Positions 10,916 to 21,251 of a stretch of 64,000 nt of DNA are shown one piece after another. The position numbers were made by a program, and so were the translations under genes. The stretch spans positions 407,333 to 471,332 of the forward strand of contig CAXXNO010000012.1 of assembly GCA_963663235.2 (NCBI GenBank), read 5' to 3'. The DNA comes from Dehalococcoidia bacterium. GTDB lineage: Bacteria > Chloroflexota > Dehalococcoidia > Bin125. Position 1 is the stretch's first letter; every line of letters begins with the position of its first letter. The notes beneath the pieces are model-generated. The model saw only the letters and a program-made list of their open reading frames with translations, searched no databases and had not been told where the DNA came from.

Positions 10916-12082
10916 ATGATCGACGTGCGACACATCGCGGCCGCGCCGGAAGACGTGGGAATCGACAGCGAGCGACTCGAGGCCGTTTTCACGCGCGCCA
11001 AGCGTGATGTCGACGAAGGGGTGCTGCCAAGCGCCCAGGTGGCTGTGGCCCGGCGAGGCAAACTGGCTGGCGTGCGGACGTTCGGCTCGGCGGTGCAGGG
11101 CGGCGTCGACCGGGCCGCCACCGACGCGACACTCTACTGCATCTACTCCGCGACGAAGGCTGTCATCGGCGTCGCGGTCTGGAAGCTCTTGGAGGACAAG
11201 CTGGTGCGCCTGGAGGAACGGGTGGCGGAGATCGTTCCTGAGTTCGGCACCAACGGGAAGGGCGATGTCACGGTGGAGCAGGTCATGCTGCACGGTGGCG
11301 GCTTTCCCACACCGCCGAATCCCGAGAGCAATTGGGGCGATCGCGCCGCGCTGCTGCAGGCCTTCGGTCGATGGGAGTTGAGCTGGGAGCCCGGCAGCAA
11401 GTTTGAATACCACCCTAGTTCCGCCCACTGGGTGCTGGCGGAGATCATTACCCGCCGTGCAGGCGTGGACTACCGAGAGTTCGTCCGCGACCAGATCACG
11501 GGACCGATCGGTGTGCGGGAGCTGTTCGTGGGGATGCCGGCTGAGATGAACGACCGTGTGGCCGACGTCCGCCATATGGGGACTCCCGAACCACCGCCGA
11601 GTGGCTGGGGCGAAGTGACGCCGGAGTGGATCCTGACGTTCAACCAGCCCCACGTCCGCGAGATCGGGGTTCCCGGCGCCGGCGGCATCACCGGCGCCGC
11701 CGAGCTGGCGCTGTTCTACCAACCGCTGATCAACGGCGGGCAGACGGCAGATGGAACGCGCATCCTCCAACCGGAAACGATCGCGCTGGCCACCGCAATC
11801 CGCACGACGGACCGGTACCTTGACCCCGCAACAGGCGCACCAGCGAACCGCGCCCTAGCCGTGGTGGTGGCTGGCGACGACGGCCAGGCCAACCTCCGCG
11901 GCTTCGGCCGTTCGGCTTCTGGCCGGACGTTCGGTCATCCCGGCGCGGGAGGCCAGATCGGGTGGGGCGACCCGGAGAGCGGGATCTCCGTGGGGTACTG
12001 CACGAACGGCTTCGTCGATGAAGTGACGCTGGGCCGTCGGACGACGGCCATCTCCAGTCTGGCGGCCGGTTGCGGCATCTAG
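10916..12082 (+). CDS. Serine hydrolase, beta-lactamase class C / EstB-like
   Basis: SxxK (YSATK), WEPG..FEYHP, FGHPGAGG. Confidence 0.9.
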   Translation: MIDVRHIAAAPEDVGIDSERLEAVFTRAKRDVDEGVLPSAQVAVARRGKLAGVRTFGSAVQGGVDRAATDATLYCIYSATKAVIGVAVWKLLEDKLVRLEERVAEIVPEFGTNGKGDVTVEQVMLHGGGFPTPPNPESNWGDRAALLQAFGRWELSWEPGSKFEYHPSSAHWVLAEIITRRAGVDYREFVRDQITGPIGVRELFVGMPAEMNDRVADVRHMGTPEPPPSGWGEVTPEWILTFNQPHVREIGVPGAGGITGAAELALFYQPLINGGQTADGTRILQPETIALATAIRTTDRYLDPATGAPANRALAVVVAGDDGQANLRGFGRSASGRTFGHPGAGGQIGWGDPESGISVGYCTNGFVDEVTLGRRTTAISSLAAGCGI

Positions 12083-12144
12083 GACGTAGCGGGTAGCGGG
12101 ATCAGCGACGGCGGCGATCAAGCACCGTCTCCGACCCTCGCGCC

Positions 12145-12640
12145 CTAATCGCTCTCGGGCAAGAACCCTGCCGGCCTGGGACACCGATACGGAACCTGCA
12201 TCGTCATCGTTCCCTGATAGCCGGGCACGACGATGGTCCTCGTCAGTTCCAGCGAGCGTTGCGGGTGGGTCTCTCCATTCAACGCTGTCCAGTCTTTGGC
12301 CACGGCGCTCTCAAAGGCGCAGTGGTACAGCACCGGAACCAGCCCGATTCCGCTCTCCACTCCGACGTCCGTCATCGAAGCGACCGCCTCAGGGTCCGCC
12401 ATCAGCAGGCGGAGATCCTCCACGAACCCACTCATGAACTCCGTTCCCTCGTCGTCGGGATTCGGGTCCGCCACATCGAAGTTGAAAAAGAGGTGGTCCT
12501 CCTCGACGAAGTCCTGGTCGGCCTTGGCCTGCGTGTCCGCGTCGGTCGCCGTGACAACGATGTGGACGTTGGGTAGCGCCGCAAGCACCTCCACGAAGGC
12601 GCCCGAATAGCACGACGCCATGAGCACCGCGCCCTCTGGG
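12145..12640 (-). pseudogene. N-terminally truncated clan CD (caspase/legumain-like) peptidase fragment
   Basis: SCYSGAF catalytic-Cys-like motif, IVVTATDA strand, C-terminal HPQ; no upstream His-Gly half or convincing start. Confidence 0.5.
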
Positions 12641-12726
12641 GACAGTCGAGCGCGGGTTGTGACGGTACCTGCCAAATGCTAGCGTCGCCGCCACCGGCAC
12701 CGCGATTCCGAGAAGGAAGTGCGCCC

Positions 12727-13224
12727 ATGCCGACCCTCGAGGAGCGCATCCAGCGACTCGATGACATTGAGGCGATCCGGCGTCTGAAGCTGGAATACGC
12801 CCGCCACATGTCCACTCCGCACCCCACAGACGGCCCATTCCCGTCCGAGGAGTTCCTGAACCTCTTCACGGACGACATCATCTGGGACGCGGAGAACATT
12901 GGGCGGCACGAAGGCAAAGTGGCGCTGAGGGAGTTCCTCACCAAGCTAGGCGGCTGGGTGGAGCTGGCCGTGCAGTACATGACCAACCACGCGATCGACA
13001 TCGCCCCCAGCGGTACAGAAGCGACGGGCCGCTGGCTCATCTGGGAACCGTCGATCAACGTGGGGCGGGCGCTGTTCAACGCCGCAACCTACAAAGATGA
13101 GTACAAGAAAGTCGACGGGCGCTGGCGGTTCCATCGCATTAATGTGCGCCTCCACTTCATGACGCCGTACGAATCCGGATGGGTCAAGGAGCCGTGGCGC
13201 GCGGAGAGCGAATTCGACGCCTAG
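12727..13224 (+). CDS. SnoaL-like / NTF2-family protein
   Basis: LEERIQRLDDIEAIRRLKLEYA...ATGRW...YKDEYKKVDGRWRF; SD GAAGGA. Confidence 0.88.
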   Translation: MPTLEERIQRLDDIEAIRRLKLEYARHMSTPHPTDGPFPSEEFLNLFTDDIIWDAENIGRHEGKVALREFLTKLGGWVELAVQYMTNHAIDIAPSGTEATGRWLIWEPSINVGRALFNAATYKDEYKKVDGRWRFHRINVRLHFMTPYESGWVKEPWRAESEFDA

Positions 13225-13304
13225 CCGTGCTGGTTGACGGCGCCACTCGCTAAAATCGGCCCATCGTATCGTCGAGGGGCCAGCCTGGGAGGAGTTCCAA
13301 CGCG

Positions 13305-15116
13305 ATGGCGCCCACGCAAGATCGCGACGCGACGACGGTCGATCCCATCACTATCGAGGTTCTGCGCAGCGCGTTCATCGCGATCTGCAACGAGATGGCC
13401 ATCACCGTGGCCAAGACGGCCTATTCCACACCGGTCAACGAAGGGCACGATTTCGCCACCGGCCTGTATGACCGTCACGGGATGCTGATCGCCCAAGGAG
13501 AATTCGACTTGCCGGCGTTCGTGGGGCTCACGCATCTCACCGTCCCGGAGATCATCCGCGCGATCGGGTTGGAGAACATGGCGCCCGGCGACGTTTACAT
13601 GATCAACGACCCCTACGTCGCCACGACCCACTGCAATGACATCCACTTCGTGCGGCCGATCTTCTCCGGCGACCAGCGGGTGGGGTTCGCCACCTCCACC
13701 GCGCACTGGTCGGACGTGGGCGGCGTGGCGCCCGGATCGCTGAACACCGCGGCCCGCTCCGCCTACGAGGAGGGGATCCGCATCCCGGGGATCACGCTCT
13801 ACAAGCGCGGAGTCATCAACCAGGACGTCGTTTCGCTGCTGCTTGTCAACATGCGGCAGTCTTGGGAACGTCTGGGTGACCTCAACGCGCAGGTCGCCGC
13901 GATCAAGTTGGGCGACCAGCGGCTGCAGGCGCTCATCGACAAGCACGGAATGGATGCCGTGCTGACGACCATGGAGGAGATCCAGAACCATTCCGAGCGG
14001 ATCGCGCGCGCCGCCTTCGCCAGCCTGCCCGACGGGAGCTACAGGGCGGAGGACCGCGTCGATCAAGATATGTACACCGGCGAGGTGAAGACGATTCGCC
14101 TCAATCTCACGATCAAAGGCGATCACGCGATCTTCGACCTCACTGAGAGCGACGGCCCCGCCGAATCCGCCATCAACGCGACCATCGCCGGCGTCACGTC
14201 GGGAATCTTCATCGCCATGGCCTCCATCCTGCCCCCGATGCCGATGAACGCCGGCGTCATGCGCGCCATCGAGATCAAGGCGCGGCGCGGCTCCATCGTC
14301 TGGGCGCAGCCGCCGATGCCGGTCTCCGTGATGACCATCACGAGCATGGATTGCGTCATAGGGTCCGCGACCCTGGCCCTGGGACAAGCGCTGCCCGAGC
14401 GCGCAGTAGGAGTAGCCGCCAGCATCCTCAACTCAACCTACGCCGGCGACGACCTGCGGCCGGCGTTCACCGCGCCGTTCATCAACTACACGTGGGCGTT
14501 CGGTGGCATGGGTGGCGCAAAGGACCACGATGGGCCCAACGCCATAGCGCCGCCGTTTGGTGCGAGCGGCAGCACAATCCCTGCCGAGCTGCAGGAGCGC
14601 CGGTACCCGGTCCTGTACCGCCGCTGCAATCTGCTCGCCGACTCAGGCGGGCCCGGAAAATCGCGGGGCGGCCTTGCCTTGAACACCATCATGGAGTTCC
14701 CGTTCTCCGACGTTGCGGCGGGCGGTCTCTCCACACTGGGGAACCGAGAGCGCTTCGGCCCCGCCGGGGCTTTCGGCGGCAGTCCCGGCAACCCGGCCCG
14801 TCTGGCGCTCAACGACGGGACCGAAAACGAGCAACATCTCGGCACAACCTCAACCAATGTCCCCGTCCAGCGAGGCGACCTGCTCACCTTCAGGACAAAC
14901 GGGGGAGGCGGCTACGGTGAACCGTTGGAGCGATCGCCGGAGCGTGTGCTGGAGGACATCAAGGACGACTACGAAACGCCCGCCGGGGCGCGCGAGCAGT
15001 ACGGCGTGGTGATCCGGACGATCGACAGGCGCACGCTACAGTACGAGGTCGACGAACGGGAAACGACGGAACTCCGGCAATCGATGCGGGCGAGCAAGAC
15101 GCAGCGCCCGGCGTAG
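13305..15116 (+). CDS. Hydantoinase B / 5-oxoprolinase family protein (copy 1)
   Basis: DPITIEV, EM...KTAYS, NDPY...HCND, HWSDVGG, EEGIRIP, DSGGPGKSRGG, GGGGYG. Confidence 0.92.
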   Translation: MAPTQDRDATTVDPITIEVLRSAFIAICNEMAITVAKTAYSTPVNEGHDFATGLYDRHGMLIAQGEFDLPAFVGLTHLTVPEIIRAIGLENMAPGDVYMINDPYVATTHCNDIHFVRPIFSGDQRVGFATSTAHWSDVGGVAPGSLNTAARSAYEEGIRIPGITLYKRGVINQDVVSLLLVNMRQSWERLGDLNAQVAAIKLGDQRLQALIDKHGMDAVLTTMEEIQNHSERIARAAFASLPDGSYRAEDRVDQDMYTGEVKTIRLNLTIKGDHAIFDLTESDGPAESAINATIAGVTSGIFIAMASILPPMPMNAGVMRAIEIKARRGSIVWAQPPMPVSVMTITSMDCVIGSATLALGQALPERAVGVAASILNSTYAGDDLRPAFTAPFINYTWAFGGMGGAKDHDGPNAIAPPFGASGSTIPAELQERRYPVLYRRCNLLADSGGPGKSRGGLALNTIMEFPFSDVAAGGLSTLGNRERFGPAGAFGGSPGNPARLALNDGTENEQHLGTTSTNVPVQRGDLLTFRTNGGGGYGEPLERSPERVLEDIKDDYETPAGAREQYGVVIRTIDRRTLQYEVDERETTELRQSMRASKTQRPA

Positions 15117-15133
15117 AAGGGGGAGCAACGGCA

Positions 15134-16927
15134 ATGGCAGCGAAACAGCCGCCGGCGGCGACGACGACACTCGATCCCATCACGTTCGAGGTGCTGCGCA
15201 GCGCCTTCGCAGCCATCTGCAACGAGATGGCCTTGGTGGTAGCGAAGACCGCCTACTCCACTCCCGTCAACGAGGGCCACGACATGGCTACGGGGCTCTA
15301 CGACCGCAACGGGAAACTGTTCACCCACGGCGAAGCGGACATGCCGGTGTTTGTCGGGCTGGGACTGCTGACGGTCCCCGAGGTGATCCGCGCTATCGGC
15401 CTGGAGAACATGGAGCCCGAGGACATCTACATCATCAACGACCCATACGTCGCCAGCACGCACAACAATGACATACATATCATGAAGCCGATCTTCCACG
15501 AGGGGCATTTGGTGGCGTTCGCCTCCTCCACGGCGCACTGGTCCGATGTCGGCGGCACCGCCCCCGGCTCACTCAACCCGCGGGCGCGCTCGCACTTCGA
15601 AGAGGGGGTGCGCATCCCGGCGCTCAAGCTCTTCAAGCGGGGCGTGCTGGACAGAGACATTGTGGCCATTCTGCTCGCCAACATGCGGCAGTCCTGGGAG
15701 CGTCTGGGTGATCTGCACGCGCAGGCCGCGGCGATCAAAGCCGGCGACAAGCGGATCCAGGGACTCATCGCCAAGTACGGGCTGGATGCCGTCCTTGCGG
15801 CCATGGACGAGATCCAGAACTACTCGGAGCGCCTCGCGCGCGCGTCCTTTGCACGGCTCCCCGATGGGACGTACGAGGTGGAAGAGAAGGTCGACCAGGA
15901 TGTGTGGACAGGCGAGCCTGTCACCGTTCGACTTAAACTGACGATCGACGGGGACCACGCCGTCTTCGACCTCACCGACAGCGACGGTGCGACCGAATCC
16001 GCGATCAACTGCACCATCGCCGGCACGACCTCCGGCGTCTACATCGGCATCGGCTCCATCCTGCCCCCGATGCCGATGAACGCCGGCGTCATGCGCGCGA
16101 TCGAGATCAAGGCCAAGCGGGGCTCCGTGGTATGGGCGCAGCCGCCCGTCGGGGTGTCGTGCATGGCCATCACCACGCTGGATATGGTGCTCGGCACGGG
16201 GATGCTGGCCTTGGGACAGGCGCTGCCCGAGCGTGCCGTCGGGCTGGCGAGCGCCATCCTGAACACCTGCTACGCCGGTCACGACAGCCGCCCGGAGTTC
16301 GACGCACCCTTCATCAACTACACCTGGGGCTTCGGCGGCATGGGAGGCGCGAAGACACACGACGGCTCGAACTACGTCTCGGCCCCGTATTCGGCGGTGG
16401 CCACGAATATCCCCTGTGAGTTGCAGGAGCGGCGGTATCCCGTTCTCTACCGGAGGGCGAACTACACCCAGGACTCCGGCGGGATCGGGGTCTGGCGCGG
16501 CGGGGTCGGTATGAACATCCAGATGGAGTTCCCCTACGGGGGCGGGACGCTGTCCAACATCGGCAACCGGGAGCGCTTCGGTCCCACCGGCATCTTCGGC
16601 GGCAGCCCCGGCGGCCGCGCGCGCCTAATCTTGGGCGAGGGGACCGAGAACGAGCAGGTTCTGGGGACGTTCGCCGTCAACCATCCCGTCAACAAAGGCG
16701 ATCGTCTGACGTTCGTCACCAATGGCGGGGGCGGGTACGGCAATCCAATGCAGCGGCCCGCGGCGCGGGTGCTGGAAGACGTCAAGGACGAGTACGTCTC
16801 CATCGCCCGAGCGCGGGAGGACTACGGCGTGGCGATCCGGGAGATCGACCGGCGCACCCTCCAGTACGAGGTGGATGAAGAAGCCACCGCGAAACTGCGC
16901 GCCTCAGCGGGGACCACTCAGCGCTAA
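15134..16927 (+). CDS. Hydantoinase B / 5-oxoprolinase family protein (copy 2)
   Basis: Same motifs (HNND, HWSDVGG, GGGGYG); close paralog of copy 1. Confidence 0.92.
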   Translation: MAAKQPPAATTTLDPITFEVLRSAFAAICNEMALVVAKTAYSTPVNEGHDMATGLYDRNGKLFTHGEADMPVFVGLGLLTVPEVIRAIGLENMEPEDIYIINDPYVASTHNNDIHIMKPIFHEGHLVAFASSTAHWSDVGGTAPGSLNPRARSHFEEGVRIPALKLFKRGVLDRDIVAILLANMRQSWERLGDLHAQAAAIKAGDKRIQGLIAKYGLDAVLAAMDEIQNYSERLARASFARLPDGTYEVEEKVDQDVWTGEPVTVRLKLTIDGDHAVFDLTDSDGATESAINCTIAGTTSGVYIGIGSILPPMPMNAGVMRAIEIKAKRGSVVWAQPPVGVSCMAITTLDMVLGTGMLALGQALPERAVGLASAILNTCYAGHDSRPEFDAPFINYTWGFGGMGGAKTHDGSNYVSAPYSAVATNIPCELQERRYPVLYRRANYTQDSGGIGVWRGGVGMNIQMEFPYGGGTLSNIGNRERFGPTGIFGGSPGGRARLILGEGTENEQVLGTFAVNHPVNKGDRLTFVTNGGGGYGNPMQRPAARVLEDVKDEYVSIARAREDYGVAIREIDRRTLQYEVDEEATAKLRASAGTTQR

Positions 16928-16951
16928 AAGACGCCGTCCGTCTCAGGCGGG

Positions 16952-17945
16952 TCACCCGATCAGTTGCACCGCGTCCAGGAACGCCTTCTTCGTCTCGCGC
17001 TCGGTCATCGGCATGGGGTAGATGATCGGGTGCTCCAGCCCGCCGGCCCGGTACTCCTCGATGCGAGCGCGGCACTCGTCCACGTCCCCGATGATCGCCA
17101 CGGAGTCCGCCAGTTCGTCGGAGAGGAGCCGGGCAGCGCCTTCACGGTTGCCGTCTTGCCAAGCCCGAGCCGCCAGGCTCGCCTCCTCGAAGCCGGACTC
17201 CAGCATCAAGTGCTCGTAGCGGGTGAACGAGCCCACGTACCAGGCCATGTGCTCTTTCACCATCTTCCGGCCGGCCTCTTTATCCTTCGTCACCACGGTC
17301 AGCAGGTAGCTGCCGATCTCCACCTCCGAGGGGTCGCGGCCGGCGTCGATCGCGCCCTGCCGAATCCACTGCGCCAGTTGCGCCGAGCGTTCGGCGGTGA
17401 GCTGCGTCGCCACAGCGCCGTCTGCGATGGCGCCGGTGCGCGCCGCGCTCTTCGGGAACATGGGCGGGAACCAGATCGGGATGCGGTTACGATAGAACTT
17501 GACCCAGGGCTTGTAGTCGAGCGAGTAGATGCGGCCGCGATAGGACACCTCCCCATCGCGGATCAGCGCCCGGATGATCTCCGTGTGCTCCACCATGCGC
17601 TGGGTGGCGTCCTTGAATTCCAGCCCGTTCTCCTTCTCCACGATTGAGCGGTGCCCTTGGCCGATGCCGAGGATCAGCCGTCCCTGAGGAGATCGTGTCC
17701 AGCGACGCGGCGGCCATCGCCAGGGTGGTGGGGGCGCGGTTGAAGACCACGACCACGCCCGTGCCCAACCGGATCCGCTCCGTCACCACGGCGCAGGCTG
17801 CCAGCACGGCGAAGGGATCGCCGGACTTGTAGTCGGACATCCAGAGGGAATCGAAGCCGGCCTCATCGGCGATACGCGCGCACTCCTGGGTCTCCTCGAT
17901 CTGGAGCGAGTCAGTGTCGGGGAACTTGATGCCGAGGCGGGCCAT
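16952..17945 (-). CDS. LLM-class flavin/F420-dependent oxidoreductase, split by a one-base insertion at about 17683
   Basis: ORF 17487-17945 (GFDSLW, TERIRLGTGV) joins ORF 16952-17641; removing one G from TCA-GGG-A restores ISSGRLILGIGQGH. Confidence 0.85.
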
Positions 17946-18048
17946 CGCTCACCACCGTCCTCTCGTCGGGGCGTGGGGTATCGCCGCGTAGGGTACGGCC
18001 TGCAGCGCTGCGATGACATCCCCAAGGAGCACAAAATGGACGCGCACG

Positions 18049-18078
18049 TTGACAGCGCCGGAATCCGGCGGCTAGCCT
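18049..18078 (+). promoter_or_regulatory. Putative sigma70-type promoter of the amidase operon
   Basis: TTGACA-N18-TAGCCT. Confidence 0.45.
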
Positions 18079-18132
18079 CCTGCCGACTTCCCGGCAGCCC
18101 TCGTTGACAGCACACCGAAGTGGAGCGACGCC

Positions 18133-18345
18133 ATGGAATCACGGGAGATCATCAAGGCCAAGCTGGCCGAATGGGGCATCGTCCCCAGCGAGGATGACCT
18201 GCAGGAGTTAGAGCCCGCGTATGAGGCCCTGATTCGCTGGCAGAGCGTCCTGGAGGACATGCTGCGGATCAAGTCGCTCGGCAATGACATGGAGATGCCG
18301 CTGAGCGAACCCGCGCTGATCCACGACATCGAAAGGTACCGTTAG
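18133..18345 (+). CDS. Small amidase partner protein (AtzG/GatC-like)
   Basis: 70 aa helical protein ending in EPALIH, 2 bp upstream of the amidase start; SD GGAG. Confidence 0.6.
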   Translation: MESREIIKAKLAEWGIVPSEDDLQELEPAYEALIRWQSVLEDMLRIKSLGNDMEMPLSEPALIHDIERYR

Positions 18346-18347
18346 CC

Positions 18348-19754
18348 ATGGCTCCCTCTGCGCAAGAACGGGCATTTTCGTCGATCGAGGACCTGTCCGG
18401 TCGCATCCGCTCCAAGGAGGTCTCACCCGTCGAGGTGGCGGAGCTGATGCTCGCCCGCATCGACGAGCTCAATCCCAAGATCCACGCCTTCTACACCGTC
18501 TTCCATGACGCGGTGCTGTCCGACGCCCGCCGCGCCGAGGAGGAGGTCGGGCGCGGCCAGTACCGCGGGCCGCTGCACGGCATCCCCATCGGTATCAAGG
18601 ACATCTACGAGAGCGGGCGCACAACCGGCGGCTCCAAGACGCTCCAGCACTACGTAGCGGATGAGGACTGCGTGGCGGTGAGCCGGCTGAAGGAGGCGGG
18701 GGCGCTGATTCTGGGGAAGACCGCCACGTACGAGTTCGCCTACGGCATCCAGAGCCTGAAGTCGCCCGTCCCTCCGGTGCGCAGCGCCTGGGACCTGAGC
18801 CGCGAGGCGGGCGGCTCCAGCAGCGGCTCGGCGGGGGCCATCGCGGCCGGCATGGCCTATGCCGGCATGGGGTCGTGCACCGGCGGCTCCATCCGCTGGC
18901 CCGCCCAGTGCTGCCTGCTTGTGGGGCTGAAGGCCACGTATGGCCGCGTGAGCCGGCGCGGCATCTTCCCGCTGGCCTGGAGCCTGGACCATGCGGGGCC
19001 GCTGGCCCGGACGGTGAAGGACTCGGCCTACATGTTGCAGGGCTGCGCCGGCTGGGACCCGCTGGACCCGGCCTCGGCGCGAGTACCGGTTCCCGACTTC
19101 ACCTCCAAGATGGATCGCGACATCCAGGGGATGAAGATCGGGCTCATGACCAGCATCTACGGCAAGTGCGACCCCAAGGTGCTGGCGCCGTACAACGAAG
19201 CGCTGCGCAAATTCGAAAGTCTGGGCGCCCAACTCATCGAACTGCCGGAGCTGCTCACGCTGGAGCAGATGGAGGCGATCGGCATGCCCCTTATCTGGGC
19301 CGACGCCGCCGCCGTCCACTACAAGAACGTGCGCAAGCGTGGCGACGACTACAACCCCAACACCCGGCAGTTCCTGCAATGGGGCATGCTGATCGGCAGC
19401 ACCTACTATCTGCTGGCGAATCAGGCGCGGGCTCAGGCGCGCGACGACCTGATCGAGGCGATGACCAAGAAGGTGGACGTCTTGGTCCTTCCCACGGCGG
19501 GATTCCCGGGACCGCCGCCGGTCGCCGAGGAGTCGCCCGGCCTGAATTTCATCGGCGCGGGTTTCGAGATCTATACGCCCGTGTTCAACTTCACCGGGCT
19601 GCCCGCGGTCCAGGTGCCCTGCGGGTTCGACAGTGACGGCCTCCCGGTGGGCTTGCAGGTCGCGGCCAAGCCGTTCGACGAGGAGACCATGTTCCAGGTC
19701 GCCCGCGCCTATGAGCAGGCCTCCGAGTGGCACACGATGCACGCCGACATCTGA
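18348..19754 (+). CDS. Amidase-signature family amidase
   Basis: GPLHGIPIGIKD, GKT..YEFA, GGSSSGS, GSCTGGSIRWPA, GLKATYGRVS, GLPVGLQV. Confidence 0.93.
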   Translation: MAPSAQERAFSSIEDLSGRIRSKEVSPVEVAELMLARIDELNPKIHAFYTVFHDAVLSDARRAEEEVGRGQYRGPLHGIPIGIKDIYESGRTTGGSKTLQHYVADEDCVAVSRLKEAGALILGKTATYEFAYGIQSLKSPVPPVRSAWDLSREAGGSSSGSAGAIAAGMAYAGMGSCTGGSIRWPAQCCLLVGLKATYGRVSRRGIFPLAWSLDHAGPLARTVKDSAYMLQGCAGWDPLDPASARVPVPDFTSKMDRDIQGMKIGLMTSIYGKCDPKVLAPYNEALRKFESLGAQLIELPELLTLEQMEAIGMPLIWADAAAVHYKNVRKRGDDYNPNTRQFLQWGMLIGSTYYLLANQARAQARDDLIEAMTKKVDVLVLPTAGFPGPPPVAEESPGLNFIGAGFEIYTPVFNFTGLPAVQVPCGFDSDGLPVGLQVAAKPFDEETMFQVARAYEQASEWHTMHADI

Positions 19755-20112
19755 GATCGGGCGTCAGATCGGGCCGCCGCCGCGCCGATGACGCCAGGCC
19801 TGCGACCAAGAGGACGTATGGCAGGCCGCGCGCCATGCAGGCAGCTGCCGGCTTGGGAGCGTCGAGCGCCGCTGAGCGAGGCCAGCCGCGTCACCACAGC
19901 CCCGAAGGGTCCGGACGGAGTGGTCACCGGCAGCGGCCGCAGCAGTGCCGCTAAGACGATGATCGTGTCGTAGCAGTGCGTGGTCGGCTCGTACGTGCGC
20001 CGTGGCGCCGGCACTCCTTGACCACCAACTCGATGGTGAAGGCCACTCTGGCTACCTGCCGCCGGATCCGCCTGGTAGTATGCTGCGGTCTGTCTACCCG
20101 GAAGGACTGCTT

Positions 20113-21189
20113 ATGCAAGTAGGCACGAACCTCATCTTTCAGAACCCCTTCAACCAGCTGGCGGACCTGGACCTGTACCAGGGCGAGATGCTCTTGGCGG
20201 ACCTGGCGGAGCCACTGGGCTTCGACTCGGTCTGGGGGGTGGAGCACCACTTCACCGATTACACGCTCTGCCCGGACGTCGTGCAGTGGCTGACCTGGGT
20301 CGCCGCGCGCACGGAGCGGATTCAGGTCGGCTCGATGGTGGTGGTGCTGCCGTGGCACGATCCGATTCGCGTGGCCGAGGAAGTGGCCATGCTCGACAAC
20401 CTCTGCAACGGGCGCTACCTCTTCGGCATCGGGCGTGGCCTGGGCCGCGTCGAGTTCGACGGGTTCCGCGTGTCGATGGATGAGACCCGCGAGCGCTTCG
20501 TCGAGAGCGCCGAGATGATTATCAAGGGACTGGAGCAGGGCTACATCGAACATGAGGGGAAGCACTACCAGCAGCCGCGGCGGGATCTCCGTCCCGCGCC
20601 CTTCAAGTCGTTCAAGGGGCGCACCTTCGCGGCGGCGATCTCCCCGGAGACCATGCACATCCTGGCCCGGCTGGGGGTTGGCATGCTGCTCCTTCCGCAG
20701 AAGCCGTGGGACGCCATTCGGGAGGACCTCGCCAACTACCGGACGGCGTACCGGGTGGCCCAAGAGGCCGACGCGCCGCCGCCGGTCGTCGCCACGTTCA
20801 CCTACTGTGACGAGAACCCGGACCGCGCCGAGGAGATGTCCCAACGCTACGTTGCCACCTACTACGACTCCATGCTGCGCCACTACGAGCTACAGGCGGA
20901 GCACTTCGGCCAAGCGAAGGGATACGAATACTACAAAGATATGGGCAAGGCCGTTACGAAGTACGGGACCGAGCGCACCGGAAACTTCTTCCAAGATCTC
21001 CAGGTGTGGGGCACGCCCGAGCAGTGTCTGGAGAAGATCCGCTTCATCATGGACACCACCGGCGGTGACCATTTCGTGGCGACGTTCTCGTTCGGCGGGA
21101 TTCCGCACAAGGACGCCGAACGGAGCATGCGGCTCTTCGCCAAGGAGGTCCTGCCCGCACTCAAGCAAATTTCCGTCACGGCCGCGTAG
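20113..21189 (+). CDS. LLM-class flavin-dependent monooxygenase (paralog 1)
   Basis: GFDSVWGVEHHF, LPWHDPIRVAE, GIGRG, SMRLFAKEV; start at ATG 20113 with SD AAGGA. Confidence 0.92.
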   Translation: MQVGTNLIFQNPFNQLADLDLYQGEMLLADLAEPLGFDSVWGVEHHFTDYTLCPDVVQWLTWVAARTERIQVGSMVVVLPWHDPIRVAEEVAMLDNLCNGRYLFGIGRGLGRVEFDGFRVSMDETRERFVESAEMIIKGLEQGYIEHEGKHYQQPRRDLRPAPFKSFKGRTFAAAISPETMHILARLGVGMLLLPQKPWDAIREDLANYRTAYRVAQEADAPPPVVATFTYCDENPDRAEEMSQRYVATYYDSMLRHYELQAEHFGQAKGYEYYKDMGKAVTKYGTERTGNFFQDLQVWGTPEQCLEKIRFIMDTTGGDHFVATFSFGGIPHKDAERSMRLFAKEVLPALKQISVTAA

Positions 21190-21251
21190 TTCCGGCAGTG
21201 TCGTCCGGATCCGCGAGCATCCGGCCGGCGGCGATCGCTAGGAGGATTGCA

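Noticed and set aside
18133-19754. gatCA of the tRNA amidotransferase
   Set aside because: No gatB, altered signature and catabolic context
19755-20100. Possible small gene or ncRNA between the amidase and the LLM array
   Set aside because: No recognisable motif, SD or convincing structure by eye
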